The notes: generated by a model not told the origin, from the letters alone. A stretch of 64,000 nucleotides of DNA from an uncultured bacterium (GCA_964506075.1 CAZDKO010000001.1:25637-89636), one strand, 5' to 3'. Shown: positions 1 through 9,187, numbered from the stretch's first letter. Numbers and translations are program-made.

Positions 1-171
1 CAAAACAACCGCGATAGTTTAGAAGTAGGCAGCGATACCTTTACCGGCGGGCAATATGAAATAAAATTAAGCGGACTGGACCCTAATCTTTATTTTGTCA
101 AGGTTGAAGCTTTAGATGACGAGGGCCGGGTGATTCATACCCTGATAACTTATCTTTATAAACCGGATTAA
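1..171 (+). CDS. 3' end of an ORF that begins upstream of the window (partial; function unknown)
   Basis: Open frame from position 1 to TAA at 169-171 (..QNNRDSLEVGSDTFTGGQYEIKLSGLDPNLYFVKVEALDDEGRVIHTLITYLYKPD*). It sits directly upstream of the pseudopilin genes in the same orientation. No diagnostic motif. Confidence 0.3.
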   Translation, partial: QNNRDSLEVGSDTFTGGQYEIKLSGLDPNLYFVKVEALDDEGRVIHTLITYLYKPD

Positions 172-180
172 AGACAGGAT

Positions 181-230
181 TAAGAAATAAGAAATAAGGA
201 TTAAGCGGTAAAGGAATAAGAGATTAATAA
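181..230. repeat. Heptanucleotide tandem array, TAAGNNN x about 7
   Basis: taagaaa|taagaaa|taaggat|taagcgg|taaagga|ataagag|attaata shows strict 7-nt periodicity. It is upstream of the 302 pseudopilin gene. Confidence 0.6.
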
Positions 231-241
231 AAATAAAACTT

Positions 242-277
242 AATTCTTAGAGTGAGCGTAGCGAACGTCTTAATCCT
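242..277. repeat. 36-bp element shared with 49175-49210 (inverse orientation, central 6-mers swapped); possible operator
   Basis: aattcttagAGTGAGcgtAGCGAAcgtcttaatcct. The reverse complement of 49175-49210 is aattcttagAGCGAAcaaAGTGAGcgtcttaatcct. Both lie 25-100 bp upstream of a + strand start codon. Confidence 0.5.
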
Positions 278-301
278 GATGACTGAAATAAAGGATTTAA
301 A

Positions 302-844
302 ATGAAAAGCAAAGGATTTAGTTTAGTGGAACTGCTTATTGCTCTGCTTTTGGTGACTGTCATCAGCACAGTTTTTCTGAATATTTTTAAACGCGGCGGC
401 CTGGCCTGGCAATTGGGTGACCGCCGGGTGCAGTCTTACCAGAATGCCCGGGTGATTATGGGACAATTTTTCCGGGAGCTGCCGGTGGTTTATGTGAACG
501 CCACGGAAACTTTTGTCGGCTCAGCCGACCAGATTAGGTTTTTTGCCAATCTCTGGTCAGGAGATAGCGGTGCCGAGGGACTGGTAGAATTGGGTTATCG
601 TAAAAGGTCCGGAGAATATGTTTTGGAAAGATTATATAAAACAGACCCGGCCAGCGCCGATACCTGGCGGGAGCTTGCTTTTTATTTTAAAAGTATCACC
701 TTTACTTATTATGACGGTTCTACCGCCGAAACGTCCTGGAATTCCGCGGCTAAAAACAATAAGCCGCCGTCTAAAGTGGAAATTACCGTGACTATGGAGG
801 ATGATAAAACATACACCACGGCGGTAAGTATCTTGGAGAGATAA
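302..844 (+). CDS. Minor pseudopilin with a prepilin-type N-terminal cleavage/methylation domain (GspJ/PilW-like)
   Basis: The N-terminus MKSKGFSLVELLIALLLVTVISTVF has the canonical G|F-x-L-x-E prepilin peptidase site (Glu at +5) followed by a hydrophobic helix. Length is 180 aa. It is followed by a GspK-like gene. Confidence 0.6.
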   Translation: MKSKGFSLVELLIALLLVTVISTVFLNIFKRGGLAWQLGDRRVQSYQNARVIMGQFFRELPVVYVNATETFVGSADQIRFFANLWSGDSGAEGLVELGYRKRSGEYVLERLYKTDPASADTWRELAFYFKSITFTYYDGSTAETSWNSAAKNNKPPSKVEITVTMEDDKTYTTAVSILER

Positions 845-940
845 TATTAAAGTACCAAAGTATCAAAGAGTCAGAGTGTCAGAGAATTCCTGAAAAGTTG
901 TAGGAATAAAAGGGGATTGGAAACAGAGATAGGTTAAATT

Positions 941-3900
941 ATGATTAAAACGAGATTTAAAAATCAGGGCGGGGTCATAATCATTATGGCCCTGGTGGTT
1001 CTGGTTATTGCCTCGGTGCTGGCGGTAACCTTTGCTACCAGTATGCGCCTGGAGGAAAAAACGGCCGCTACTTTTAGAAAACACGGAAAAGTTTTTTATA
1101 TCGCCCAGGCGGGGTATGAATACGCCCTGGCTATTTTGCGAAAAGATAAAAATGAAGAATCAAGCCGTCCCTACGACGCTTTGAACGAGGAATGGCGGAC
1201 GTTATTTAACGGCAGCGGCGAAGAGGAAGAACCGGCGGTCAATCTGGACGGTATCAATTCCAACGGTATAAACAGCGATGGAAAAGATGCCCGCTGGATT
1301 TATTTACACCGTGACCCGGAAGATGATGAATCTCCGTTAATCGGCCGTTTTGCCGTTTTAATCGTAGATGAAGCCAGTAAACTGAGTCTCCACGCTTCCG
1401 GTAGCGGCCAGCAAAACCAGGGCTGGACGCCTTTTGAAAACGATTTAACCAATTTAAAAAATCCTAATACCGGCGCCAGTTTGTTTGATTCTTCCACGGC
1501 GCCAAATTTAATCAATTACCGCCAGGGTGATAAAACCGGCGGCGGGGTAAACACCAAATACCCGGGTGATAGCGGTGATGACGATAGTGATAACACCCCT
1601 CTGGAAAATGACGGTATTGATAATGACGGCGACGGCGTAATTGATGAGGCTTTTGAAGGAACGAACGAGCCGGATGAATACGTCTCCCGGATTCCCTACG
1701 GTACCGGTGATGAGCTTGATTTTGCCCTGAAGCTGGTTGATGAGTTAAGAATGGTGAGTGGCATCGGGGAAACGACGACGCGGATGTGTAAGAATTTTAC
1801 CACCGTTGATGCCGGGGCTCAAACGCGATACTGGGATAGCGCCACCTCCAGCTGGGAGAGTCAGGAAAATATTAACGCCCTGACTTCAGTTGATACTCTA
1901 TTTAACCTGATGACCGGGGCCGGGATTAGCAGTGAAAATGCGGCCCGCTGGACGGCGAACACAATTGACTATGGCGACCGGGACGGTGTCCCGACGGTAA
2001 TAGAGACCGGCGGCAAAAAATATCTCGGTGTCGAAGGACTCCAGATAAATGAGGTGATGAGCTGGGTTAATCATCGGGGGGATACTTATAAGGGTCCGAT
2101 AATCCTGGATAATTTTGTCGACACCCCGACCAACTGGAATGACCCGAGCAGTTTTAGTAATAATGGCAACTGGAATAATGCTCTTTGGACGGCTCAAGGA
2201 AACGTTGACGGAGGAGAAGATACTTGGACCTGGCCCTGGGATAACGGCACCTACGACATTTATATTTATAGAGATTCAAGTTTAAACGGCCGGGATTTTC
2301 ATTATAAATTTGAAGACGGTATCAGTCCGGGCGTGGACTTGGAAGGCGACACAGATTTTTATCTGAGTGACCGGTATCTGGTTCCCGGGGTTAAAATTTC
2401 TAACGGAGAAATAAGACTAACTTTAAGGGCCAGTGTCGGGGGGGAAACCTTTAGCTGGTTCCAGTGTCTAAGTTTAAATCCCACTAATCCTAATGATCCC
2501 AATACGGGAACAAGGAGAAATAGCTTTGCCGACCCTCCTCCTGTTGGTCCGGTGCAGGACCCACCGCCGGGAGATCCCTGGGATGACAGCACATGGGCGG
2601 CCAAAGGCTGGCAAACCGGAGGAAAAAGTACCTGGGTTTGGACTGTTTCTAACGGCACTTATGATGTTTATTTATATCAGAATATAGGTTGGCCGGGCAC
2701 CAATGACTATGATTATAGGTTTGAAGAAGGTGAAGCCGGAGATATTTCGGGGACGGCTACTTTCGGCTCCAGCGGCACTAATATTTATTATCACGTCGGT
2801 AACGTGACCGTCAGCGGTGGTCAGCTTACCTTGAAACTGACGGCTTGTTACACCTGGACGAGGAGCCGCTTTGAACAAATCGGTGTTGAAGGAGCTGAAT
2901 ACGTAGAATTGGTTAACCTTTCCTCCAGTCCCATCACCATTGATAAAAGTTGGGGGATAAATGTCGGCGGGAATATTATTCTGGATAATAACACGGCTAA
3001 GATTGATTCTTCCAGCCCCGGTACCACCTATAAATTCACCTGGTTTGAAGGAGACGCGGCTACTTTCACCATTCCCGGCTCAACGGCGCCAAATTACAGT
3101 TATTTTATTGCCGCCGACAGCCGCTACGCGATGGATTACCGCCACGCCTGGGCCGATGCTTATAAAGACGGCGTCTGGGGGTCGCCGGGGAATTTGGGTA
3201 ATGAACCGGGAGATTTAGGGGTAATCGGCGATTTAGAAATATCCAACACCGGGGGAGTAAATATTTCTCTGGTTAGAGAAGTAAACGGAGAAGAAATCGT
3301 GGTTGATTTTGTCCCCTGCACCACCACTGCTTCCGGATTCGGGACTTCGGCCTGGGATACGGTCGCACCCCAGGAAGATAAAAGTGTGGAAAGGAACAGC
3401 GCTTATAAAGACGATAGCTCCTGGGCTTTAACTACCGAAGGCTGGGGACGGGGAACACCCGGGGCTGCCAATACCGGTGGTGCCTCGGTTGCCGTCGCGG
3501 TTAAGAACCGGCCCTTTGCCTCGCCGGGATTTATGACCGAGGTTTATAAAGGTACGGGGGATTACTCCACCAATAAATTGATCACTTCGGATATCAAAGA
3601 TTTCGTGAGCGTTCTCACTACCGCTTATTACCGCCTGGAAGTGGAAAATACCACTTCACCTCCGGGCTGGTCAACCGATACGGGGATGGACGGTACCCCC
3701 CGTTATCTTTCGCCTACGGCCGGCAGTAACGCCACTTTAAGCTGGACCGGCCTTCATATCCCGGACGGGACTTATAATCTTTTTGTAGCCGGCGGCATCG
3801 GCGGAAAGTTCCAGTGTCCTTCGGGCACGGCCCGAGTAATGCGGCCCGACGGCATAGTTTATGCCGGTACCGCTGCCGTCAGTAGCGGGAGTTTAACCGT

Positions 3901-4405
3901 CGGTGTTTATGGCGACGGCACCAATCTTTATTCACTGGACTATATTTTACTGGTGCCTGAAAAAGAAAGCCCGCTGCTTATCGGTAAAATCAACATCAAT
4001 ACGGCCAGCGAGCAGGTTTTAAACGCCCTTCCTCCGGCTTTCTGGACCGGGTTTTATATTATTGATTATCGAAACGGCGCCGATAATAAAGACGGGACGA
4101 CGGACGATAATCCTTTTGGAAACATTGGAGAATATCTGTCCATTACCGGATTAAGCGAGGCGCAGTTAGCCGAAGCTTTCCAGAAACAGGCCAGTCTTAT
4201 CACCGTTCATTCCGACATTTTTGAAATTATTGTCGTCGGCCAGGAAATAGAGGATTTAACCAATACAGGTATCTTTGACGACCCGGAGGCCGAAGGGAGA
4301 ACCGGGGAAGCGGACCTGGTCACCGGGAAGGAGAAAATCAGGGCCATTGTTGACCGCTCCTATGACCCACCCAGAGTATTGTATTTCCGCCGGGAACCCG
4401 AGTAA
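941..4405 (+). CDS. Giant (1154 aa) GspK/PilX-like minor pseudopilin with about 800 aa of inserted repeat and Asp-rich modules
   Basis: The N-terminus NQGGVIIIMALVVLVIASVLAVTFATSMRLEEKTAATF..IAQAGYEYALAIL matches the GspK pseudopilin N-domain (no Glu5, conserved R-x-E..A..AG). The C-terminus INTASEQVLNALPP is the GspK helix-hairpin-helix signature. The interior has two copies of a roughly 35-aa module (TWTWPWDNGTYDIYIYRDSSLNGRDFHYKFEDG and TWVWTVSNGTYDVYLYQNIGWPGTNDYDYRFEEG) and Asp-rich loops (DNDGDGVIDE, GDSGDDDSDN). Confidence 0.55.
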   Translation: MIKTRFKNQGGVIIIMALVVLVIASVLAVTFATSMRLEEKTAATFRKHGKVFYIAQAGYEYALAILRKDKNEESSRPYDALNEEWRTLFNGSGEEEEPAVNLDGINSNGINSDGKDARWIYLHRDPEDDESPLIGRFAVLIVDEASKLSLHASGSGQQNQGWTPFENDLTNLKNPNTGASLFDSSTAPNLINYRQGDKTGGGVNTKYPGDSGDDDSDNTPLENDGIDNDGDGVIDEAFEGTNEPDEYVSRIPYGTGDELDFALKLVDELRMVSGIGETTTRMCKNFTTVDAGAQTRYWDSATSSWESQENINALTSVDTLFNLMTGAGISSENAARWTANTIDYGDRDGVPTVIETGGKKYLGVEGLQINEVMSWVNHRGDTYKGPIILDNFVDTPTNWNDPSSFSNNGNWNNALWTAQGNVDGGEDTWTWPWDNGTYDIYIYRDSSLNGRDFHYKFEDGISPGVDLEGDTDFYLSDRYLVPGVKISNGEIRLTLRASVGGETFSWFQCLSLNPTNPNDPNTGTRRNSFADPPPVGPVQDPPPGDPWDDSTWAAKGWQTGGKSTWVWTVSNGTYDVYLYQNIGWPGTNDYDYRFEEGEAGDISGTATFGSSGTNIYYHVGNVTVSGGQLTLKLTACYTWTRSRFEQIGVEGAEYVELVNLSSSPITIDKSWGINVGGNIILDNNTAKIDSSSPGTTYKFTWFEGDAATFTIPGSTAPNYSYFIAADSRYAMDYRHAWADAYKDGVWGSPGNLGNEPGDLGVIGDLEISNTGGVNISLVREVNGEEIVVDFVPCTTTASGFGTSAWDTVAPQEDKSVERNSAYKDDSSWALTTEGWGRGTPGAANTGGASVAVAVKNRPFASPGFMTEVYKGTGDYSTNKLITSDIKDFVSVLTTAYYRLEVENTTSPPGWSTDTGMDGTPRYLSPTAGSNATLSWTGLHIPDGTYNLFVAGGIGGKFQCPSGTARVMRPDGIVYAGTAAVSSGSLTVGVYGDGTNLYSLDYILLVPEKESPLLIGKININTASEQVLNALPPAFWTGFYIIDYRNGADNKDGTTDDNPFGNIGEYLSITGLSEAQLAEAFQKQASLITVHSDIFEIIVVGQEIEDLTNTGIFDDPEAEGRTGEADLVTGKEKIRAIVDRSYDPPRVLYFRREPE

Positions 4406-4513
4406 TTTTTAAATAGGGCTAGCTGTACCCCATTATTTAACCAATTATTGAGTTGGTATAGCTAGCCCTATTAAACTAATGGTAAAATATTAAAAATTTT
4501 GAAAGGAGAAAGA

Positions 4514-5869
4514 ATGGAAACAAATAAAATAATTTATTCCGGCGGTATAATCTTTTTGTGTCTTTTGTTATTTATCATTATTTTTTCACCGGCTTCTTCC
4601 GCCGACGTGATTTATTTAAAAAACGGACAGAAAATGGAAGGGACGATTGAAAAGCAGGATGCAGAGAAGATTTATTTAAAAATTAAACTGGGAATAATCG
4701 GCATCAGCCGGAACCAGATTGACCGGATAGAGAAAACCGTAGAAAAAATCGCCGGGGAAGGAAAAGAGATTGAAACTGAAAAAGAAATAGTAAAGGAAGA
4801 TGATTCGGCGACCAAGAAAAAATTTGAAGAAGAGCAGATGGCAGAAGGAAAAGTTAAATATAAAGACCGCTGGGTAACTCCGGAAGAAAAGGCCATCCTG
4901 GAACTGCCTAAAATAAAAATTTCCAACCGCCGGATTTATAAAGACGGTAAATTATTTTTTATCAAGGGCATAGATTACAGCGTTAATTATCCCAAAATGA
5001 CTAATTTTAGCGATATTCCAAGAACAGTCTGGGAAAAAGATTTTAAGATGATAAAGGAATTAGGCGTAAATACCATCCGCACTTATCATCCCCTCCCGCC
5101 GGAACTGCTGGATTTAGCCGAAGAAAATGAGTTGATGGTCATAGAAGCCGTGGTTTCCCCCAACAGTGAGACAAATTATAATTCCCCGGAAGAATTAAAA
5201 AAGCTTACTGATGAAGCCGTCCGGATAGTCAAGCGGGATAAATTACGCAAATGTATTCTTATGTGGGCTATCTGGAACGACGCTCCTTTCCACTGGGAGA
5301 AAGGCGGTAACTCGGTTGAGCGTTACGGAATGGAAAAGGTAAACGGGTTTTTAGGGAAAATTTATACGGCGGTTAAGAAAGAAGATAAGAATCACCCGGT
5401 CACGGCTTCAAATATGCTTGATTTACCGGGTTCAAATCTGGGATTTGATTTTCTGGATGCTATTGGTATCAACGCTTTTATCGGTATTGCCAAAGAGACC
5501 GGCTGGTTTGAAGGTATCTATACTCAGGAAAAAGCCCGTAACGACATAGAAAAACTGAAAGAGATTTCCGAAAAATATAATAAACCCGTCTATATCGCCG
5601 AGACCGGTTACAGCACCTTCTGCCGGAGCGAAAGACAGGATAAGATAATCAGAGAACAGATTGTTGCCTGCGGAGATGAGCTTCCCGGCGTGATAATTTT
5701 TGAGTGGGCCGATGAATGGTGGAAAGCCGGAAACCCCGCGGTTCAGGATAATAACATTGAAGAACACTGGGGGATAACCGATGCCTATCGCAAACCCAAA
5801 CCCGGCTATGAGGCCGTTTCGGAAATGTTTAAATCCATCAGGACCGAATCAAAGGGATATGTAAGATAA
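4514..5869 (+). CDS. Secreted TIM-barrel glycoside-hydrolase-like protein (ETG nucleophile motif as in GH17)
   Basis: RBS aaaggag lies 6 nt upstream of ATG 4514; the track ORF starting at 4499 includes the RBS. The protein has a signal peptide, a Lys/Glu-rich linker, then GVNTIRTYHP..ILMWAIWND..YIAETGYST..FEWADEWW, which resembles the acid/base and ETGW nucleophile segments of family-17-like beta-glycanases. The family call is weak. Confidence 0.4.
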   Translation: METNKIIYSGGIIFLCLLLFIIIFSPASSADVIYLKNGQKMEGTIEKQDAEKIYLKIKLGIIGISRNQIDRIEKTVEKIAGEGKEIETEKEIVKEDDSATKKKFEEEQMAEGKVKYKDRWVTPEEKAILELPKIKISNRRIYKDGKLFFIKGIDYSVNYPKMTNFSDIPRTVWEKDFKMIKELGVNTIRTYHPLPPELLDLAEENELMVIEAVVSPNSETNYNSPEELKKLTDEAVRIVKRDKLRKCILMWAIWNDAPFHWEKGGNSVERYGMEKVNGFLGKIYTAVKKEDKNHPVTASNMLDLPGSNLGFDFLDAIGINAFIGIAKETGWFEGIYTQEKARNDIEKLKEISEKYNKPVYIAETGYSTFCRSERQDKIIREQIVACGDELPGVIIFEWADEWWKAGNPAVQDNNIEEHWGITDAYRKPKPGYEAVSEMFKSIRTESKGYVR

Positions 5870-5870
5870 A

Positions 5871-6090
5871 AGTAGTTAGTAGACAGTAGATAGTAGTCAG
5901 TAGACAGTAATTTTTAATCAGCAGGCTCTTTAATGCCTAATTCCTAAATGACTAATGACGAATGAATGACCAAATAACTAATAAGGGTACAGAAACCAGA
6001 GCACGGAGTACAAACTCGTCTGTTATCTGTTCCCTGTACTTTTTAGTTTCTTGTTTTTCTCTGTTCTCAGTACTCTGGTATCTGTAATCT
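5871..6090. repeat. Composite intergenic repeat, copy A (AGTAGNN, AATGACN and ACAGANN heptad arrays); homologous in inverse orientation to 14581-14790
   Basis: agtagtt|agtagac|agtagat|agtagtc|agtagac then cagtaatttttaatcagcaggctctttaatgcctaattcctaaatgac then aatgact|aatgacg|aatgaat then ggtacagaaaccagag. The reverse complement of 14690-14790 matches at about 85% over more than 80 nt. Confidence 0.7.
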
Positions 6091-6244
6091 TTATTTTTAT
6101 TTGACTTTTAAATTAACATATGTTATATTTATAGCACTTATATCCTCCTATATTAATGTTGATAACACTCTTAATTTTATTATGTCTGGATTGATAATTC
6201 CTCCCCAAGTACATACCGTTTTAATGAAAGGTTAATTCATTTAT

Positions 6245-7882
6245 ATGAACAAACCCAAGATTACTATCGGTGTAGATATCGGTTCAAGTTGTATTAAAGT
6301 AGTTGAATTGAAAGAAACAAAATCCGGAATAACCCTTAAACGAGCCGGCCTCATAAATACACAGCTTGACCCGGCCAATCCCCCGACTTCAAAAGGTCAA
6401 TATCTGGCCGCCACCCTGGCGAAGTTATTGGCCGTCCTTAACATAAAGAATGTTTCAATTATTACTTCTGTTCCCGGCCAGTCAGTTCTAATTCGGTTAA
6501 TCAAACTTCCCCCTATTCCCGAAGATAAGATTGAGGAAGTCATAAAATATGAAGCCCAGCAACAGGTTCCTTTTTCCCTTGACGAGGTGGTTTGGGACTA
6601 TTATTTGCTTAAGAGAAAAAAAATATTAGAAATGGAAGTGCTGCTGGTAGCGATAAAAATAAATTTAATCGGAGAGATTCAGGATAAACTCGGGCCACAC
6701 CTTAACGCCAGTATCATTGATGTGGCTCCGCTGGCTCTCTATAATTGTGTGCGGTATAACAAGGATTACGAGAACGATAAAAAAGGCGTGGTCGTCATAG
6801 ATATCGGAGCTGAATCCACCGATATTATTTTTTTTAAAGAAGAAGATGTCTGGATAAGAAGTTTTCCTCTGGGGGGGAATAGTTTTACCCAGGTTCTCCA
6901 GAAGGAATTCGGCCTTTCTTACGCTGAAGCGGAACGCATTAAAAAAGGAGGGCTTAAGGACTATCCGGATGAAGAAGTTAAAAGGGTTACCAAGCCGATT
7001 ATTGAAGACTTGATAGTAGAGGTTCAGCACGCTATCGGCTATTATCGAAGCCAGGTTGAAGGATTAACTATTGGAGAGGTGATTTTAACCGGCGGTAACA
7101 GCCGGCTCCCGAATCTGGACCATTTTTTTAGCGAGAGTTTAGGTTTGGAAGTAAAGCATATTGACTGTTTTAAACGAATAAAAAGGGAACCAAATACGAA
7201 AATTTTTGTCGAAGATAAATGGGATGAAATTGAACCTTACCAGCATCTCTTCGGAGTAGCGGCCGGTCTGGCCCTGAGAGATAAAACCAAATGTGCGGTA
7301 GAAATTAACCTTCTCTCCCAGGAACTGGTAAAAAAGAAGACCAGTAAGCGTAAAAAAGAGTCTATAGCCGTTACGTTAATCATTTTTTTTATTATTCTGG
7401 GAAGTGGTTTTTTTATGCTGCGCCGTAGTTTCTCACACTGGCAGGCGAAACTTACTGAAACCCAGAGGCTTTATAATAAAGAATATAGTGTTTACCGGCC
7501 GGAAATAGAAACTTTAAAAAAAGAAAAAAGCCTTCTGGAAGGCCAGGTCGAAGTGATGTATCAACTTCTAGGCAAGAAAATGATGTGTTTAGAGTTATGT
7601 AGAGCTATAGGGAAGAATCTGACCGAAGAAATCTGGATAGACAGTTTGTCTTTTCCCAGAGATTCTGAGAGGGCGGAAGAAAAGGATAAGGAATTTCTTT
7701 TTTTAAAGGGTAAAGCGATGTCATTTGACGTAATTAATGAATTTATGCAGAAGTTAAAAGCGGATACCGCCTATATATCCAAAATAGAACCTTTGGCATC
7801 TAATTCCATAAAAATAGATGATAAAGAATTTATTGAGTTTTTTTTAGAAGGAAAACTTGCTTTGAAAGTAGACAGTAGATAG
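6245..7882 (+). CDS. pilM: Type IV pilus assembly PilM-PilN fusion protein
   Basis: The N-terminus KITIGVDIGSSCIKVVELKETKSGITLKRAG is the PilM actin-like ATPase start. At about residue 345 EINLLSQE matches the PilN INLLP motif. A single TM helix follows (IAVTLIIFFIILGSGFFML) and then a coiled-coil periplasmic region, as in PilN. The last codons overlap the AGTAGNN repeat. Confidence 0.65.
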   Translation: MNKPKITIGVDIGSSCIKVVELKETKSGITLKRAGLINTQLDPANPPTSKGQYLAATLAKLLAVLNIKNVSIITSVPGQSVLIRLIKLPPIPEDKIEEVIKYEAQQQVPFSLDEVVWDYYLLKRKKILEMEVLLVAIKINLIGEIQDKLGPHLNASIIDVAPLALYNCVRYNKDYENDKKGVVVIDIGAESTDIIFFKEEDVWIRSFPLGGNSFTQVLQKEFGLSYAEAERIKKGGLKDYPDEEVKRVTKPIIEDLIVEVQHAIGYYRSQVEGLTIGEVILTGGNSRLPNLDHFFSESLGLEVKHIDCFKRIKREPNTKIFVEDKWDEIEPYQHLFGVAAGLALRDKTKCAVEINLLSQELVKKKTSKRKKESIAVTLIIFFIILGSGFFMLRRSFSHWQAKLTETQRLYNKEYSVYRPEIETLKKEKSLLEGQVEVMYQLLGKKMMCLELCRAIGKNLTEEIWIDSLSFPRDSERAEEKDKEFLFLKGKAMSFDVINEFMQKLKADTAYISKIEPLASNSIKIDDKEFIEFFLEGKLALKVDSR

Positions 7883-7915
7883 TAAACAGTAGTTAGTAGT
7901 CAGTAGTAAATAGTC
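7867..7915. repeat. AGTAGNN heptad tandem array (about 7 units)
   Basis: agtagac|agtagat|agtaaac|agtagtt|agtagtc|agtagta|aatagtc. This is the same word family as 5871-5905 and 14745-14790. Confidence 0.65.
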
Positions 7916-7952
7916 GGTTACCGAGCGACTAGATACGAGATGCGGAGTGTGA

Positions 7953-8723
7953 ATGGCAAAAAATAAATTTGATAGTTCTCTTTTAATAGTCATCGCCATA
8001 ATGATAGTGGTTATGACGGTTTATTTTTTAGGCTTGGTGCGTCCTTATTTATCAAAACGTAAAAAGATAGTTAAAGAGATTAATCAAAAAATTGATGAAC
8101 TGGAATTATTCAGGAAGGAAAAAGGCGGAGTTACTTCTCAGGAATTAATTGATTCCCTTAGGGCAGACCAGGATGATTACCGCAAAAAAATAGAATTTTT
8201 AAAGAAATATCTTGGGGATTTCAAGGTTGCTTTCCCTTCGGGGGTTACCCAGAAAGGTTTATTTTTTAAAGAGCAGGCGTATCAAAGTGAACGCCGTTTA
8301 AGAGAAAATGCCGAGAATAAAGGGATGGTCTTGCCTGATTTTCTGGGTTTTGATAAAGGGGTTCCTAAGGAGGAAAACGCAGAATTGCTGCTCTGGGAAT
8401 TAATGGCCGTTGAGAAGATTGTCGGGACTTTAATTGAAAGCGGAATAGCGTCTTTATCTTCGCTGAACATAAGAACAGTAGAGGAACGCACGCAGTCAGA
8501 GGTGATTTATGATGTTATTCCTGTTGAAATTAAATGCCAGGGACGCACGCAGCCTTTACTTAAATTTGTTTATGATTTAAGCCGCGCTGATTATCCCCTC
8601 ATAATAGAGAAAGCGGATATTCAGAAGGCCATGTCGACCGGAAAAGATAATTTAGAGATAAATTTAACCATAGATGGTATCCGTTTAAAAAAATCTGATG
8701 GAGATAAAGAGAAAAACATATAG
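7953..8723 (+). CDS. pilO: PilO-like pilus assembly protein (N-terminal TM helix plus coiled coil)
   Basis: One N-terminal TM helix (LLIVIAIMIVVMTVYFLGLV), a coiled-coil segment and a C-terminal alpha/beta region. It sits between the pilM-N fusion and pilP-pilQ. The call rests on position and architecture, not a strong motif. Confidence 0.4.
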   Translation: MAKNKFDSSLLIVIAIMIVVMTVYFLGLVRPYLSKRKKIVKEINQKIDELELFRKEKGGVTSQELIDSLRADQDDYRKKIEFLKKYLGDFKVAFPSGVTQKGLFFKEQAYQSERRLRENAENKGMVLPDFLGFDKGVPKEENAELLLWELMAVEKIVGTLIESGIASLSSLNIRTVEERTQSEVIYDVIPVEIKCQGRTQPLLKFVYDLSRADYPLIIEKADIQKAMSTGKDNLEINLTIDGIRLKKSDGDKEKNI

Positions 8724-9168
8724 GGTGGCGGTATCTTTAATTCTGGCCGGGATTATGGGCGCTAAAATCGTTCAGGCCGAAGAGATCGGTTTTCAACCCA
8801 AAATTTTTGACTTACCCCGGCTGGAAAAGATTAAAAATGAATCCTTTGATAATTTTTGGCAGGATATTAACGAAAGGGATATTTTTTCTTCTCCAAAATT
8901 AGATAAGGTGTCTCAGGAAGTAGTTGCTCCGCCTCAAGAAAAGGTTAAGATACCGGAAACGAATTTAATCTATCGGGGAAGCCTCGTGGTGGGAGAAGAA
9001 CAATTGGCTATGATTGAAGTAGTCAAAGACGGTATGAATAAAAGTTACTTTTTGAGGAAAGGAGAATATATAGAAGGGTTTAGAATAGTTGACATCAATA
9101 GGGAATTTGTGTTAATCTATAGTCAGAAGAAAGGCGAACAAAAGCTTTTTCTTCTGGAGGATAATTAA
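8698..9168 (+). CDS. PilP-like small periplasmic pilus assembly protein (candidate)
   Basis: Signal peptide MEIKRKTYRVAVSLILAGIMGAKIVQA|EE. It is a 156-aa protein immediately upstream of the secretin and overlaps the pilO-like gene by 26 nt. Confidence 0.35.
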   Translation: MEIKRKTYRVAVSLILAGIMGAKIVQAEEIGFQPKIFDLPRLEKIKNESFDNFWQDINERDIFSSPKLDKVSQEVVAPPQEKVKIPETNLIYRGSLVVGEEQLAMIEVVKDGMNKSYFLRKGEYIEGFRIVDINREFVLIYSQKKGEQKLFLLEDN

Positions 9169-9187
9169 AAACGACGGAGGTTAGAGG

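Noticed and set aside
4499-4513. Track start codon ATG 4499 for the GH-like gene
   Set aside because: The first five codons (atgaaaggagaaaga) contain the Shine-Dalgarno sequence for the next in-frame ATG at 4514, which is therefore preferred as the start.
5871-6244. Possible CRISPR array, suggested by the many short repeated words
   Set aside because: The repeat units are 7 nt and directly tandem. CRISPR arrays have 25-40-nt repeats separated by unique spacers of similar length. No cas genes are present in the window.
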